From: Bacteroidales bacterium
Lineage (GTDB): Bacteria; Bacteroidota; Bacteroidia; Bacteroidales; UBA7960
DNA length: 33,873 nt
NCBI GenBank assembly: GCA_007122505.1
Contig: SKTQ01000041.1
Coordinates: forward strand, 1-33,873
Reading direction: 5' to 3'
The stretch's first letter is position 1. Each line of letters starts with the position of its first letter. A model generated the notes under the pieces. It had not been told where the DNA came from. It searched no databases and saw only the letters and a program-made list of their open reading frames with translations. The position numbers were made by a program, and so were the translations under genes. Shown here piece by piece: positions 19,265 to 28,599 of the stretch.

Positions 19265-19344
19265 AATGTGTAAATTAGCTGATGTGCAAATGTGCAAATT
19301 AGCTGATGTGCAAATATGTAAATTAGCTGATGTGCAAATGTGCT
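19265..19344. repeat. 8-bp tandem array, left arm (10 units; AATGTGCA/AATTAGCT/GATGTGCA with a 24-bp super-period)
   Basis: Read directly; it starts 5 bp after the stop codon at 19259. Confidence 0.9.
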
Positions 19345-19360
19345 GATTTTATGGAGGGGT

Positions 19361-19714
19361 TTATTTGGGGATTCGTTTTTTTGTTGTGGAGATTATTTTT
19401 CCAAGAATCTTTTTAATACCAGCTATTTCACTAAGCAAGCCTCCGGGATTCGGATAGTTCTCAGATGATTCACATAATAACAACCAATATTCGGTTTCTT
19501 CGGCTTCTTTGCCCGCGATTTTTATTTTGTGACAAAAGTCAGCAACGCTCTCAGCGTTTTGTGCTTCACGGATTGATGCACCAACAGATGTTCCTGCTTT
19601 CATTAATTGATTTGCAATGACAAACTTCCTTTGCTGTTCAAGCAATTCACAGTATTTGATTATATTCAAAGCAAAAGAAAAACTTATTTCTAAAACCGCA
19701 TTCTTTTGAGCCAT
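19361..19714 (-). CDS. Four helix bundle protein (23S rRNA IVP / TIGR02436 / Avd-like fold)
   Basis: NQLMKAGTSVGASIREAQNAESVADFCHKIKIAGKEAEETEYWLLL. Likely start is ATG 19714. Confidence 0.92.
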   Translation of the reverse strand: MAQKNAVLEISFSFALNIIKYCELLEQQRKFVIANQLMKAGTSVGASIREAQNAESVADFCHKIKIAGKEAEETEYWLLLCESSENYPNPGGLLSEIAGIKKILGKIISTTKKRIPK

Positions 19715-19752
19715 TATTTGATGAATATGAGTGTTGTCATACAAATATTCAT

Positions 19753-19760
19753 CAAAGATA
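19753..19760 (-). promoter_or_regulatory. -7 promoter box (TATCTTTG) for the four helix bundle gene
   Basis: TAnnTTTG about 40 bp upstream of ATG 19714, in an AT-rich spacer. Confidence 0.5.
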
Positions 19761-19877
19761 ATTAAAAAATATTTGATATTAAAAAAACATATTTTTATTG
19801 CAAAAAACTGTTATATTTAAACCACTAACAAACCACCGACTAATTATCATACCCCCTCACTAAACCACCTCTCCATG

Positions 19878-20020
19878 CGTACATTTACACATTTGCACAT
19901 TGGTAGATTTGCTCATTGATACATTGGTACAATAGCTAATTGGTAAATTTACCCATTGATAGATTGGCACCTTGCACATTTGCAAATTGATACATTGGTA
20001 CGTTTACAAATTTGCACATT
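19878..20020. repeat. 8-bp tandem array, right arm (~18 units TGCACATT/GATACATT/AGCTAATT), inverted relative to the left arm
   Basis: Units are reverse complements of the 19265-19344 unit family. The array reaches the stop codon of the SSS gene. Confidence 0.88.
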
Positions 20021-21537
20021 TACTCATCGGTTTTCACTTCCTCCATCGCCTTGGCCAGCGACGTTTCTTTTGTGTAAAAGCGTCCCCATTTGGTCGACGG
20101 ATCGGGTTTCGTGGCCAGTGAAACGATGATCAGAGCGAGGATGGAAGCGCTGGCTGCGGGCAGGATGATGTATTGCTCGCTTAACAGTTGTGTGCCGTAC
20201 AAGTTTGACATGATGGAGTTGGTAATAGTGATGAAAAGGGTGACGCCCATACCGGTAGCGATTGAAGCCACGCCACCGGATACGGTCACCCGTTTCCACA
20301 GGAATGCCGCCAGAAGGGCAGGAGTAAGGCCTGCCCCAACCATGGTATAAGCGGTTAGTGCCATAGCCAGAATGGTTTCGAACTGCGTGAGGATCAAATA
20401 AGCCAGTAAGCCCAGCAAAACCACCATCACACGCTGAAACACCACGATCATTTTGGGATCTGCAGTTTTATTGATAAACCGTTGGTAAACATCCCTGGTG
20501 AGGTTGGTAGATGGTGTCAGCAGGAAACTGTTGCCTGTCGAGGTGATGATGGCTACAGATGCTGCCAGCAAAAGCAACCCTCCCCATACCGGCAACCCCA
20601 CTTCAGTGCTGTATCGCGCTGTATGCAGGATAATCCTCTCCGCATTTTCTGCAGCCAGGAAAAGTTCAGTTGAGCTTAATCGTTCCATCACATTAAAATG
20701 GCTGAAAGCGAATATTGCCAGTGAAGCCAGGGCTGTTTCCACCACAATGGTTCCTGAAACCCAAAAAACAACGGCTTTTTTTGCTGATTTTTCGTTTCGT
20801 GCAGAAAAGAACTTTTGGTACATATTGGACTCGCCGAGCAGGAGAAAGAAGGTAGGTAAAAATATCCCCATTGCCCAGAAAAAGTTTTTGTCGCCAAAAA
20901 TCTTGAAGTGCGACGGATCCAGTGTTGCTGTGAGGTGTTCGGCGCCACCGATATTGATGAACACGATGGGCGCTGCCACAAGCATTGCCACCGTAATCAC
21001 GGCTCCGTTGATGACGTCCACTGAGACAATTGATAACATCCCCGCAAAGGCGGTGAAGGTAATGATAAATGCCGCGGTTAGCAACACACCCTGCCACTCA
21101 GGAATGCCGGCAACCAGGTCCAGGACAAATCCGCCGGCACGGAACTGATATCCCACGATGGTTGTATAAGCGATCACGATCACGATGGTGCCGAGGATTC
21201 GTGCGTATTTGTTGTATCTCAGCTCCAGAATGTCCGGCACGGTGTATTCAGCGATACGGCGCACACGGGCAGCCAGGAAGAAAACAATGATGATGCCTAT
21301 CCATGCACCTGCTGCCATCCAAAGTTCGGAGAACCCCACTTTTACAGCCAGTCCGGCGCCGGCCAGCAAACTGCCTGACCCCATCCAGGTACAAAGCAGT
21401 GTGCCTACCAGACGGGCGGTTGACACCGAGCGCCCGGCAACCATAAAATCTTCCTGGTTTTTAACCCTGAAACTCTTGTAAATGGAAATGCTCATCAGCA
21501 AAACCAGGTATCCGATAACAACCCACAGGAATATCAT
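20020..21537 (-). CDS. Sodium:solute symporter (SSS) family protein
   Basis: Motifs DFMVAGR, TVPDILELRY, YQKFFSAR, ST.NS.L and AAFLWKR; about 13 TM helices. A -7 box TACCTTTG lies at 21578-21585. Confidence 0.92.
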   Translation of the reverse strand: MIFLWVVIGYLVLLMSISIYKSFRVKNQEDFMVAGRSVSTARLVGTLLCTWMGSGSLLAGAGLAVKVGFSELWMAAGAWIGIIIVFFLAARVRRIAEYTVPDILELRYNKYARILGTIVIVIAYTTIVGYQFRAGGFVLDLVAGIPEWQGVLLTAAFIITFTAFAGMLSIVSVDVINGAVITVAMLVAAPIVFINIGGAEHLTATLDPSHFKIFGDKNFFWAMGIFLPTFFLLLGESNMYQKFFSARNEKSAKKAVVFWVSGTIVVETALASLAIFAFSHFNVMERLSSTELFLAAENAERIILHTARYSTEVGLPVWGGLLLLAASVAIITSTGNSFLLTPSTNLTRDVYQRFINKTADPKMIVVFQRVMVVLLGLLAYLILTQFETILAMALTAYTMVGAGLTPALLAAFLWKRVTVSGGVASIATGMGVTLFITITNSIMSNLYGTQLLSEQYIILPAASASILALIIVSLATKPDPSTKWGRFYTKETSLAKAMEEVKTDE

Positions 21538-21715
21538 AATCAGTAGTTTTAGTTTGGTTCGTTTTTTACACTGCGGACAAAGGTAAAAATTTTTGTTTTT
21601 AAAATCCTGTTCTGCATTTTTTTCAAGCTCCCAGGTTACCTGTTTAATGCCTTAACAAATGGACTGCTTGCTTCTATTTACCTTTTGCTTGTCGGCCTTA
21701 AATCAAATTGATCCT

Positions 21716-21800
21716 CTTTGCGCTTTGCGTGAATTATTTTGCGGCCTTAGCGAGGAAGAAAAATTCCGCGCAAAGATCGCTGAGATAAAGACACGCAAAG
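21716..21800. repeat. CTTTGCG/CGCAAAG palindromic repeat, copy 3 (diverged)
   Basis: ctttgcgctttgcgtgaattattttgcggccttagcgagg...cgcaaag...cacgcaaag, followed by the 8-mer array. Confidence 0.8.
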
Positions 21801-21824
21801 AAAATGTACCAATTTATCAATGAT

Positions 21825-22040
21825 AAAATGTATCAATGATTCGATTATCAATGATCAATGAAAAATTTTTGTTATGATTGACTGATCAAGCCCGGCCTAT
21901 AGAGGTGGTGGCAAATCAGTTCCCGTTTTCCTGCCTGCTTCATACTTTTTATCCTGTGCCAACATTTTACTGCATACTGCCTACTGCTTACTAACTACTT
22001 TTTACTTTCACCCCCTCGCCCCTCTCTCTTTCGCCCCCTC
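21825..22040. repeat. ~216-bp direct repeat, copy A
   Basis: Matches 24461-24675 with 4 substitutions and a 1-bp indel by manual alignment. Confidence 0.95.
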
Positions 22041-22074
22041 CCTCATTCTCCACCTCACATCGACTTACCTTAAC

Positions 22075-24162
22075 CTAAAACCGCAACCGAATTTGTGCTT
22101 TAACTTCCGTGCGGGTGTTTTCGTCAATGGTCTCCAGTCCGGAACCTGACGAATTTCGGTTGGTATAGGTAGTGTTTGCCAATCGCATGTATATATCCAC
22201 TTGTCTGTGAACGCGGTATCTGATCAGTAAATACGTGCGAAACCCTTTGTCTGAGTAGAAGGGAAATGAGAAGGCATACAACACATCATGCTCATAGGCA
22301 TATATACGTGAATCAAACCCGTCTGTGTCAAAAAGTGCATATCTGATGGTTATGGCAAAAGGACTGGAAAGGTTGCGGTAGAGGATGTCCTGGTAAACCA
22401 TATATCCCTTTTGTATTTCGTCGCCGTAGCGGTGATGGATCATTTCCAGCCTGTTTCTTATGGAAACAGTTTGACTTACCGCATATGAAAGGTGAAGCCG
22501 GAATTGTGTCCGGACCACATCTTCCAGGTGCCTGATCATGACCGGATCCCTGGTATTGAGTGGTTTGGTTTTTTGCCGGAAGCGCGCGATCAGTTCGGTG
22601 TTGCGAGCCGGCCGGTAGTGGAGGCTGACAAGGTAATCGCTGCCCATAGATGGCATGTATGTTCTGAACTTCATCCAGGGAAATCTAAAATGATCGGCAA
22701 ATGCATGTATTCGGATGGTTGGAGTCAGCCTGACGGATGTTCCGACATATACCCCGGATTCATTGGCTGCCCGTGTGTTTTCGCCGAATGAAGCAGTCAT
22801 GGGGTTCTGGTATGCTCGGTCGTAGTGCCGCCATGCTAACGAAAAGGAAACCCTTCTGTGCAGACTGATCATGAGTCCATTTAGAAAAGCAACCCTGCCA
22901 TTGTTTCCCATGGACACTTCGCCGAACAGATTGATATTGTGTGCGAGGTACTGATAATCGAAACCCATTGCCTGAAAATAATGATGGCTGAAATCGAACT
23001 GGTTATAAAATGAAAGATTTCGCTGGTATTGGGCTGCCAGTTGCATGTGGTAAGCGGTGACTCCAAGACTTAACCGGTTTTTTTGAAATCCAAGATTGCC
23101 TCCCCAAATGGTTTCCAGCACTGCATTTTTTCCTTCAAGCTCACGGGGTGTCCTATGGAGTCCGGATTGCTGCAGGCTACTGATGACCATGGGATTCCCT
23201 TCATCATCGGCGGGAGCAATAACGTTGGCATCACGATGTTTGGAGGAAAAGAAGCCGGTCAGCCGGAACGGTCCCCACCGAGTTGTTGCACCAACTCCGC
23301 GCATAAAGTTGTTTTCATCCACAGAGGTGTATTGACGAAGGCCGGGCCCGTTCTTTTTCACAGCAATGGCTTCAGCGCTTTTCCCGAAAGCCATGCCAGA
23401 CCACAATGTAAGCCCCTGCCCGAATTGTGCCTGGTAGTCGCCAACTGACAAGGCACTTATCCGCCCAAAATCACGCAGATGCAGGTGTGCCGAATAAAAG
23501 TCAAAACCCCTGGGTTGGGACCCCCTGAAAAACTCTTCCCCCGGATCTTTTTCTGCGGTAATTCCGAAACTGATATTCTGATACCATGTAAATCGGTATC
23601 GGCTGTACAGCCGATAGGGACTGCCTAAGTATCTGGCGTTTGGATTAGCATGAAGCTCTTCCGGGTCAATAGGCGCATAGCCTCTTTGTTCTTCAAACAG
23701 CTGCTGGTAGCGAAGAAAAAAAACATGGCTGCCATCGCGGAGCATGCTGTCGAACCTGAAATGCCGGCGCGGATGATCATCCGACAAGGTTACAAAAGGC
23801 AACATCGTTTCAATGGTTTGCATGTCGAAACCATCAATGGTTTGCAATTCATATATACTGATGAGTTGTCCGTGTTCCTTTATATGAAGCAAAAGATTGC
23901 TGATCTGGATGTCGTTTAGCATATAAAGCTGTCTTAACTCCTCCGTATGGGTGTTGTTGAGATTTATCGGCCTCGACAGCAGCCATTCCAGTTCCTCTGC
24001 CAGGGCTGCGAATTCTGCACCGTCAGCCTCCGACATTTCAACAAGACTTTCTACATGCTGCATCAGTTGTTCCTGTGCATTCTCCTGCCCCTCCTGGGCA
24101 TGAAGGATTTGGTGAAATGAACAAATTCCGGTTAGTATCAGGATGATCAATGAGTTTTTCAT
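22075..24162 (-). CDS. ComEA-like helix-hairpin-helix domain fused to a predicted outer-membrane beta-barrel
   Basis: Signal peptide from ATG 24162; HhH region INLN.T..EELRQL...ELQTIDGF; EKDPGE and FGQGL motifs; C-terminal KAQIRLRF. Confidence 0.8.
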   Translation of the reverse strand: MKNSLIILILTGICSFHQILHAQEGQENAQEQLMQHVESLVEMSEADGAEFAALAEELEWLLSRPINLNNTHTEELRQLYMLNDIQISNLLLHIKEHGQLISIYELQTIDGFDMQTIETMLPFVTLSDDHPRRHFRFDSMLRDGSHVFFLRYQQLFEEQRGYAPIDPEELHANPNARYLGSPYRLYSRYRFTWYQNISFGITAEKDPGEEFFRGSQPRGFDFYSAHLHLRDFGRISALSVGDYQAQFGQGLTLWSGMAFGKSAEAIAVKKNGPGLRQYTSVDENNFMRGVGATTRWGPFRLTGFFSSKHRDANVIAPADDEGNPMVISSLQQSGLHRTPRELEGKNAVLETIWGGNLGFQKNRLSLGVTAYHMQLAAQYQRNLSFYNQFDFSHHYFQAMGFDYQYLAHNINLFGEVSMGNNGRVAFLNGLMISLHRRVSFSLAWRHYDRAYQNPMTASFGENTRAANESGVYVGTSVRLTPTIRIHAFADHFRFPWMKFRTYMPSMGSDYLVSLHYRPARNTELIARFRQKTKPLNTRDPVMIRHLEDVVRTQFRLHLSYAVSQTVSIRNRLEMIHHRYGDEIQKGYMVYQDILYRNLSSPFAITIRYALFDTDGFDSRIYAYEHDVLYAFSFPFYSDKGFRTYLLIRYRVHRQVDIYMRLANTTYTNRNSSGSGLETIDENTRTEVKAQIRLRF

Positions 24163-24290
24163 TTGTTTTTCATTTTGCAACTAACTGTGTTGCGGTCTTT
24201 TATAGATTATTTTTAAGCTGCCCCTTCAGGGCGTTCCGTTTAACACCGCAAATCCTCTCACAGTTGCTGCGAATGCATAATACAGCCTTT

Positions 24291-24478
24291 CTTTGCGCGT
24301 TTTGCGTGATTTAACTTTTGCGGCCTTTGCGAGGAAAAAAGAGCAATAGCGGATTTCGGTTGATTTTTTCACCGCAAAGACGCAGAGCACGCAAAGAAAA
24401 TGTACCAATTTATTAATGTGAAAATGTACCAATTTATTAATGTGAAAATGTACCAATGTGAAAATGTATCAATGATTC
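24291..24478. repeat. CTTTGCG/CGCAAAG repeat copy 4 (24291-24396) plus 8-mer array (24399-24478)
   Basis: Nearly identical to 9544-9649, followed by aatgtacc/aatttatt/aatgtgaa units. Confidence 0.9.
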
Positions 24479-24675
24479 GATTATGAATGATCAATGAAAA
24501 ATTTTTGTTATGATTGACTGATCAAGCCCTGCCTATAGAGGTGGTGGCAAATCAGTTCCCGTTTTCCTGCCTGCTGCATACTTTTTATCCTGTGCCAACA
24601 TTTTACTGCATACTGCCTACTGCTTACTAACTACTTTTACTTTCACCCCCTCGCCCCTCTATCTTTCGCCCCCTC
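24461..24675. repeat. ~215-bp direct repeat, copy B
   Basis: See copy A. It is followed by CTCCCAG-type heptamers and the motif CATAATCA, also seen at about 9530 and 10094. Confidence 0.95.
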
Positions 24676-24818
24676 TCTCCCTCTCTCCTTCGTCCTCCCA
24701 GCTCCCAGTTCCCAGTTCCCAGCTCTCATAATCAATCTCCCTTGTGCGTAAAACTCAAATACCCGGCTAATTTCATGCATACACACATTTTGAAGTGTTA
24801 AAAATGCTGTTTCCACCA

Positions 24819-25646
24819 TTATTTGAAAGTATATATCAAACCAGCCTGTGGTGAATAACCCAACACATAGTGGTAGGAGGATGCAAGGTCCAGTTGCCAT
24901 TGCCCGAGGGATATTCCGAATCCGAATGTGTTTTCCATGGGCATGGTGCTGATACCGGCCCGCAGGTAGATATGATGACCTAAACCGTATTCAACTCCGA
25001 ATTTTGGTTGGATGGGGTGGCGGATATCTTTTTCCGCTTCCACGCTCATGGTAAGGTTTTCTGAAAATTCCACCGACAGGCCTAAGCGGAAAATAGCCGG
25101 GTATCTTTCTTCCATATCCAGGTATTTATGTTTTGTGAGCATTGAGCGATTTGGATTAACCAGGTGGGCGCCTGCAAAAATGCGATCCCGGACTTCATAT
25201 ATCATGCCCATTTCTGCGACTACTGCCCCCGTTTTACCGTATCCCTCTCCGATGGAAATAAACAGGTAACTTATTTGCATGCCTGCAGAAAGCCTTTCCC
25301 CAAACGTACGTGAATAGGCAATGCCTGCTTTTCCTTCCCGGTAAAGGTCGAAGCCGAAGTGTTTGACAGAGAATCCCAGATTTCCGATGGATGCCGGCAT
25401 TACCACTGCCAGGGCCGTTAATGACATTTCAGGTAACAAAAAACGGTTTTCTGAGTACATAGCTGCCGTTGTGTGGCGGATACGTGCCATTCCTGCCTGG
25501 TTATGGCTGATGCCCCAGAAATCATAGATGGCAACGGATGCATTTGCCATGCCCGCCAACCTGGCTCCTGCAGGAAAGCTTCCTGCCATGGCGGCTGTAG
25601 CAAACAGGAAGAGTATAATGAACATTGATTTTGACAATACCTTCAT
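24819..25646 (-). CDS. Outer-membrane beta-barrel protein (PorV/PorQ/FadL-like fold, tentative)
   Basis: Signal peptide; GAR.AGMANA...NQAG N-terminal motif; alternating beta-strand pattern; ends in YTFK. Confidence 0.6.
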   Translation of the reverse strand: MKVLSKSMFIILFLFATAAMAGSFPAGARLAGMANASVAIYDFWGISHNQAGMARIRHTTAAMYSENRFLLPEMSLTALAVVMPASIGNLGFSVKHFGFDLYREGKAGIAYSRTFGERLSAGMQISYLFISIGEGYGKTGAVVAEMGMIYEVRDRIFAGAHLVNPNRSMLTKHKYLDMEERYPAIFRLGLSVEFSENLTMSVEAEKDIRHPIQPKFGVEYGLGHHIYLRAGISTMPMENTFGFGISLGQWQLDLASSYHYVLGYSPQAGLIYTFK

Positions 25647-25964
25647 GGCTGTGAATTTTTTGCCAAAATAATACATTTATCACAAAAAAAGCATAAAAAA
25701 AAGAAATAAAAACGTTATTGGAGTGAATTATGTATTAAGCGGATTTCTTGGGGAAAACAAAGGAATTCAGCAAAGGGGCGGTTTTCCCGGCCTGTTGCAA
25801 AATCCGATGCTGCATGCGCAAGTTGATCCGATAGCTCCAACCGCTAAGGCGATAATGACCTATATGTTTTGTTTGCGGGTGTTTTCTGAGAATTAGATGA
25901 TCAATGATTGAAAATGAGCGAATGACATTGTTGGACTAATTATGATTGTTGCATAAATTTCATG

Positions 25965-25972
25965 TATATTTG
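25965..25972 (+). promoter_or_regulatory. -7 promoter box (TATATTTG) for the BCCT operon
   Basis: TAnnTTTG about 55 bp upstream of the ATG. Confidence 0.5.
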
Positions 25973-26025
25973 TTTGCTCATAGTTTTTTCCGATTTGATT
26001 TATTCATATATAAGAAGATTTTTTA

Positions 26026-27660
26026 ATGATGAAAAAACCAAAAAAGGAAACATCTGAGCCGGATGATCCTCTTGTGAGCAAAAAGCGTTTCTTTGATGTT
26101 GACCACCGTGTTTTTTGGCCTTCCGCGGTTATCATTGTTTTTTTTATTGCTGTTACATTGATTGTGGGGGCACCCATGGATCGGGTTTTTGCTATGATCC
26201 AGGAAGGCATTTCGCATAATGCCGGATGGTTTTTTGTTTTGTCGGTCAATTTCTTCCTGGTATTTGTATTGGTGATGTCAATAACAAGGTACGGCAATAT
26301 TCGGCTTGGAGGACGAATGGCGAAGCCTGAGTTCAGCACAACGGCCTGGTTTGCCATGTTGTTCAGTGCCGGAATGGGGATTGGCATTCTGTTCTGGAGT
26401 GTGGGAGAGCCCATTTTGCATTATGTAACACCTCCCTTAGGAAGCGGAAGTACGGTTAGGTCGGCCGAGGTTGCCATGCAAACTACCTTTCTGCACTGGG
26501 GTTTGCATGCCTGGGGTATTTATGCCCTTGTTGGAATGTCACTGGCATTTTTTACCTTTAACAAAAAGCTGCCGCTGACAATCAGCTCTGTTTTTTTCCC
26601 TTTGATAGGGAAACGGGTGCATGGCGGATTGGGTAAATCGATCAATGTACTTGCTGTTGTTGCTACTTTGTTTGGCCTGGCTACTTCATTGGGACTTGGG
26701 GTTCAGCAGGTGAGTGCCGGGCTCGAGCATCTGCTCGGTTGGGAAGATAATGTAACTACCCAGGTGATTCTGATCGGTGTCATTACCCTGGCAGCTACTG
26801 CTTCTGTGGTTGCCGGGCTCAGTCATGGTGTAAAGCGCCTCAGTCAGCTAAATATCATCATTGGAAGCTTTTTTCTTCTTTTTATGCTGATTGTTGGACC
26901 ATCACTGTTTATTTTAGGTTCCTTTGTTCAGAACATTGGTGGTTACCTGGATAATTTCTTTGCTTTGAGTTTCTGGACGGAAACCTATCAGCAATCTGAC
27001 TGGCAGAAAGGATGGACGGTTTTTTACTGGGCATGGTGGATCAGCTGGTCTCCTTTTGTAGGGATGTTTATCGCCCGCATATCCAGGGGGCGGACATTGC
27101 GCGAATTTATCCTGGGGGTGTTGATTGTACCAACCATCATTACATTTTTATGGCTGTCGGCCTTTGGTGGTTCTGCCATTTATCTGGAGCTGAATGCAAT
27201 TGCCGACATTTCCGTAGCTGTTTCTGAAAACGTGGCGACTTCTCTCTATCGTCTGCTGGAGCAGTTTCCCCTGGGATATTTTACTTCCATTGTTGGTGTG
27301 GTTCTTGTAACCAGTTTTTTTATCACATCTTCCGACTCCGGCTCACTTGTAATTGACAGTCTGACTGCAGGAGGCAAACTTGATGCGCCTGTTGCACAGC
27401 GCGTTTTCTGGGCCGTAACAGAAGGTGCTGTGGCTGCCGTTTTGCTTATTGGCGGGGGGTTGGGTGCGTTGCAAACTGCATCTATCATTACCGGCTTGCC
27501 GTTTGCCTTGGTGTTGATCATTATGGCTTATAGCTTGCTGAAAGGACTTAGGGAGGAACATTTTAAGCTGATGCGGTATGAGATTGAAAAGGAAAGAAAG
27601 TCTTATCAGGAAATCATTTCCGATGTCATAAAAAAAAGAGAGAAAAAAAGCAAAAAATAA
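26026..27660 (+). CDS. BCCT family transporter, probably Na+-coupled glycine betaine type
   Basis: Motifs WFAMLFSAGMGIG, HWGLHAW, WTVFYWAWWISWSPFVGMFIARISRGRT and TSSDSGS. Confidence 0.95.
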   Translation: MMKKPKKETSEPDDPLVSKKRFFDVDHRVFWPSAVIIVFFIAVTLIVGAPMDRVFAMIQEGISHNAGWFFVLSVNFFLVFVLVMSITRYGNIRLGGRMAKPEFSTTAWFAMLFSAGMGIGILFWSVGEPILHYVTPPLGSGSTVRSAEVAMQTTFLHWGLHAWGIYALVGMSLAFFTFNKKLPLTISSVFFPLIGKRVHGGLGKSINVLAVVATLFGLATSLGLGVQQVSAGLEHLLGWEDNVTTQVILIGVITLAATASVVAGLSHGVKRLSQLNIIIGSFFLLFMLIVGPSLFILGSFVQNIGGYLDNFFALSFWTETYQQSDWQKGWTVFYWAWWISWSPFVGMFIARISRGRTLREFILGVLIVPTIITFLWLSAFGGSAIYLELNAIADISVAVSENVATSLYRLLEQFPLGYFTSIVGVVLVTSFFITSSDSGSLVIDSLTAGGKLDAPVAQRVFWAVTEGAVAAVLLIGGGLGALQTASIITGLPFALVLIIMAYSLLKGLREEHFKLMRYEIEKERKSYQEIISDVIKKREKKSKK

Positions 27661-27666
27661 ATCAAT

Positions 27667-28587
27667 ATGGCTTCATTTAAAAATATCATCATATGTCTTG
27701 ATCTCACCGAGATGGATGAAGTGCTGATCAAGTATGCCAACTTCCTCACCAGTACCTTTGAGTCAAAGAAACTCACCTTTATTCATGTTATGGAAACCAT
27801 TGATATTCCGGATGAGTTAGCCGAAGCTTTTCCGGATATGGATAAGCCGTTAAACGAAATCATCCGGGAAGAAATAGAGGAGCAGGTACACGGGTTGTTT
27901 GAGCACGCTGACAAGGTGGAAATAGATATCATTCTTGATAGTGGTATCCCGACAGAGCAAATTATTCAGCATGCCCGAAAGCGTCGTGTTGATCTGGCTT
28001 TGCTTGGAAAAAAAACAGGTTATGCAGGCGAAGGGGGTGTTGCAAAGCGAATTGTGGGGTTGATGCCCGCCACGGTGTTGATGGTAAGTGAAACATCACC
28101 TCATCATATAAATAATATTCTGGTGCGGATGGATTTTTCAAAAATGTCGGCTATGGCCCTGAAAACCGCTCAAACCATTGCCGGTCATACCCAGGCTAAG
28201 GTGGAGTGCCATCATGTGTATAAGCTTCCGCTTGACTTTATGCCGCAACAATCGCCATCTGCCTTACAGAAACTAAAGAAACAGATGGGCGGCTTTGTCA
28301 GCAAACAATTTGCCGGATTTCTAAAAAAGAACAAAATGGAAGCGGATGCAGTGTGTACATACTCCATTGATCATCATGGAGATGAAGCCCAGATCTTGTA
28401 CGGGTATGCTATCAAAACCGGGGCAGACCTTGTTCTGGCTGGTTCAAAAATTAAATCACCACTGGCCAATGTAATGCTCGACAGCACTTCTGAAAAACTG
28501 GCTTCTCCCAATAAAAGCATTCCGGTGATGGTTGTCAAAGACCAGAAACAATCCATCGGGTTTTTAAAAGCATTGTTCGATTTTTAA
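27667..28587 (+). CDS. Universal stress protein (tandem USP domains)
   Basis: FKNIIICLDL..FIHV..G.P...I....VDL.LLG, with a second copy NILVRMDFS...ADLVLAGS...IPVMVVK. Confidence 0.85.
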   Translation: MASFKNIIICLDLTEMDEVLIKYANFLTSTFESKKLTFIHVMETIDIPDELAEAFPDMDKPLNEIIREEIEEQVHGLFEHADKVEIDIILDSGIPTEQIIQHARKRRVDLALLGKKTGYAGEGGVAKRIVGLMPATVLMVSETSPHHINNILVRMDFSKMSAMALKTAQTIAGHTQAKVECHHVYKLPLDFMPQQSPSALQKLKKQMGGFVSKQFAGFLKKNKMEADAVCTYSIDHHGDEAQILYGYAIKTGADLVLAGSKIKSPLANVMLDSTSEKLASPNKSIPVMVVKDQKQSIGFLKALFDF

Positions 28588-28599
28588 AATCAAAGAGTT

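Noticed and set aside
19361-19744. Diversity-generating retroelement, suggested by the Avd-like fold
   Set aside because: There is no reverse transcriptase in the window. The 216-bp repeat pair is intergenic and its differences are not adenine-specific.
24643-24900. 85-aa ORF ending in RAGNWELGAG...
   Set aside because: It overlaps the barrel gene and reads through the heptamer and octamer repeats.
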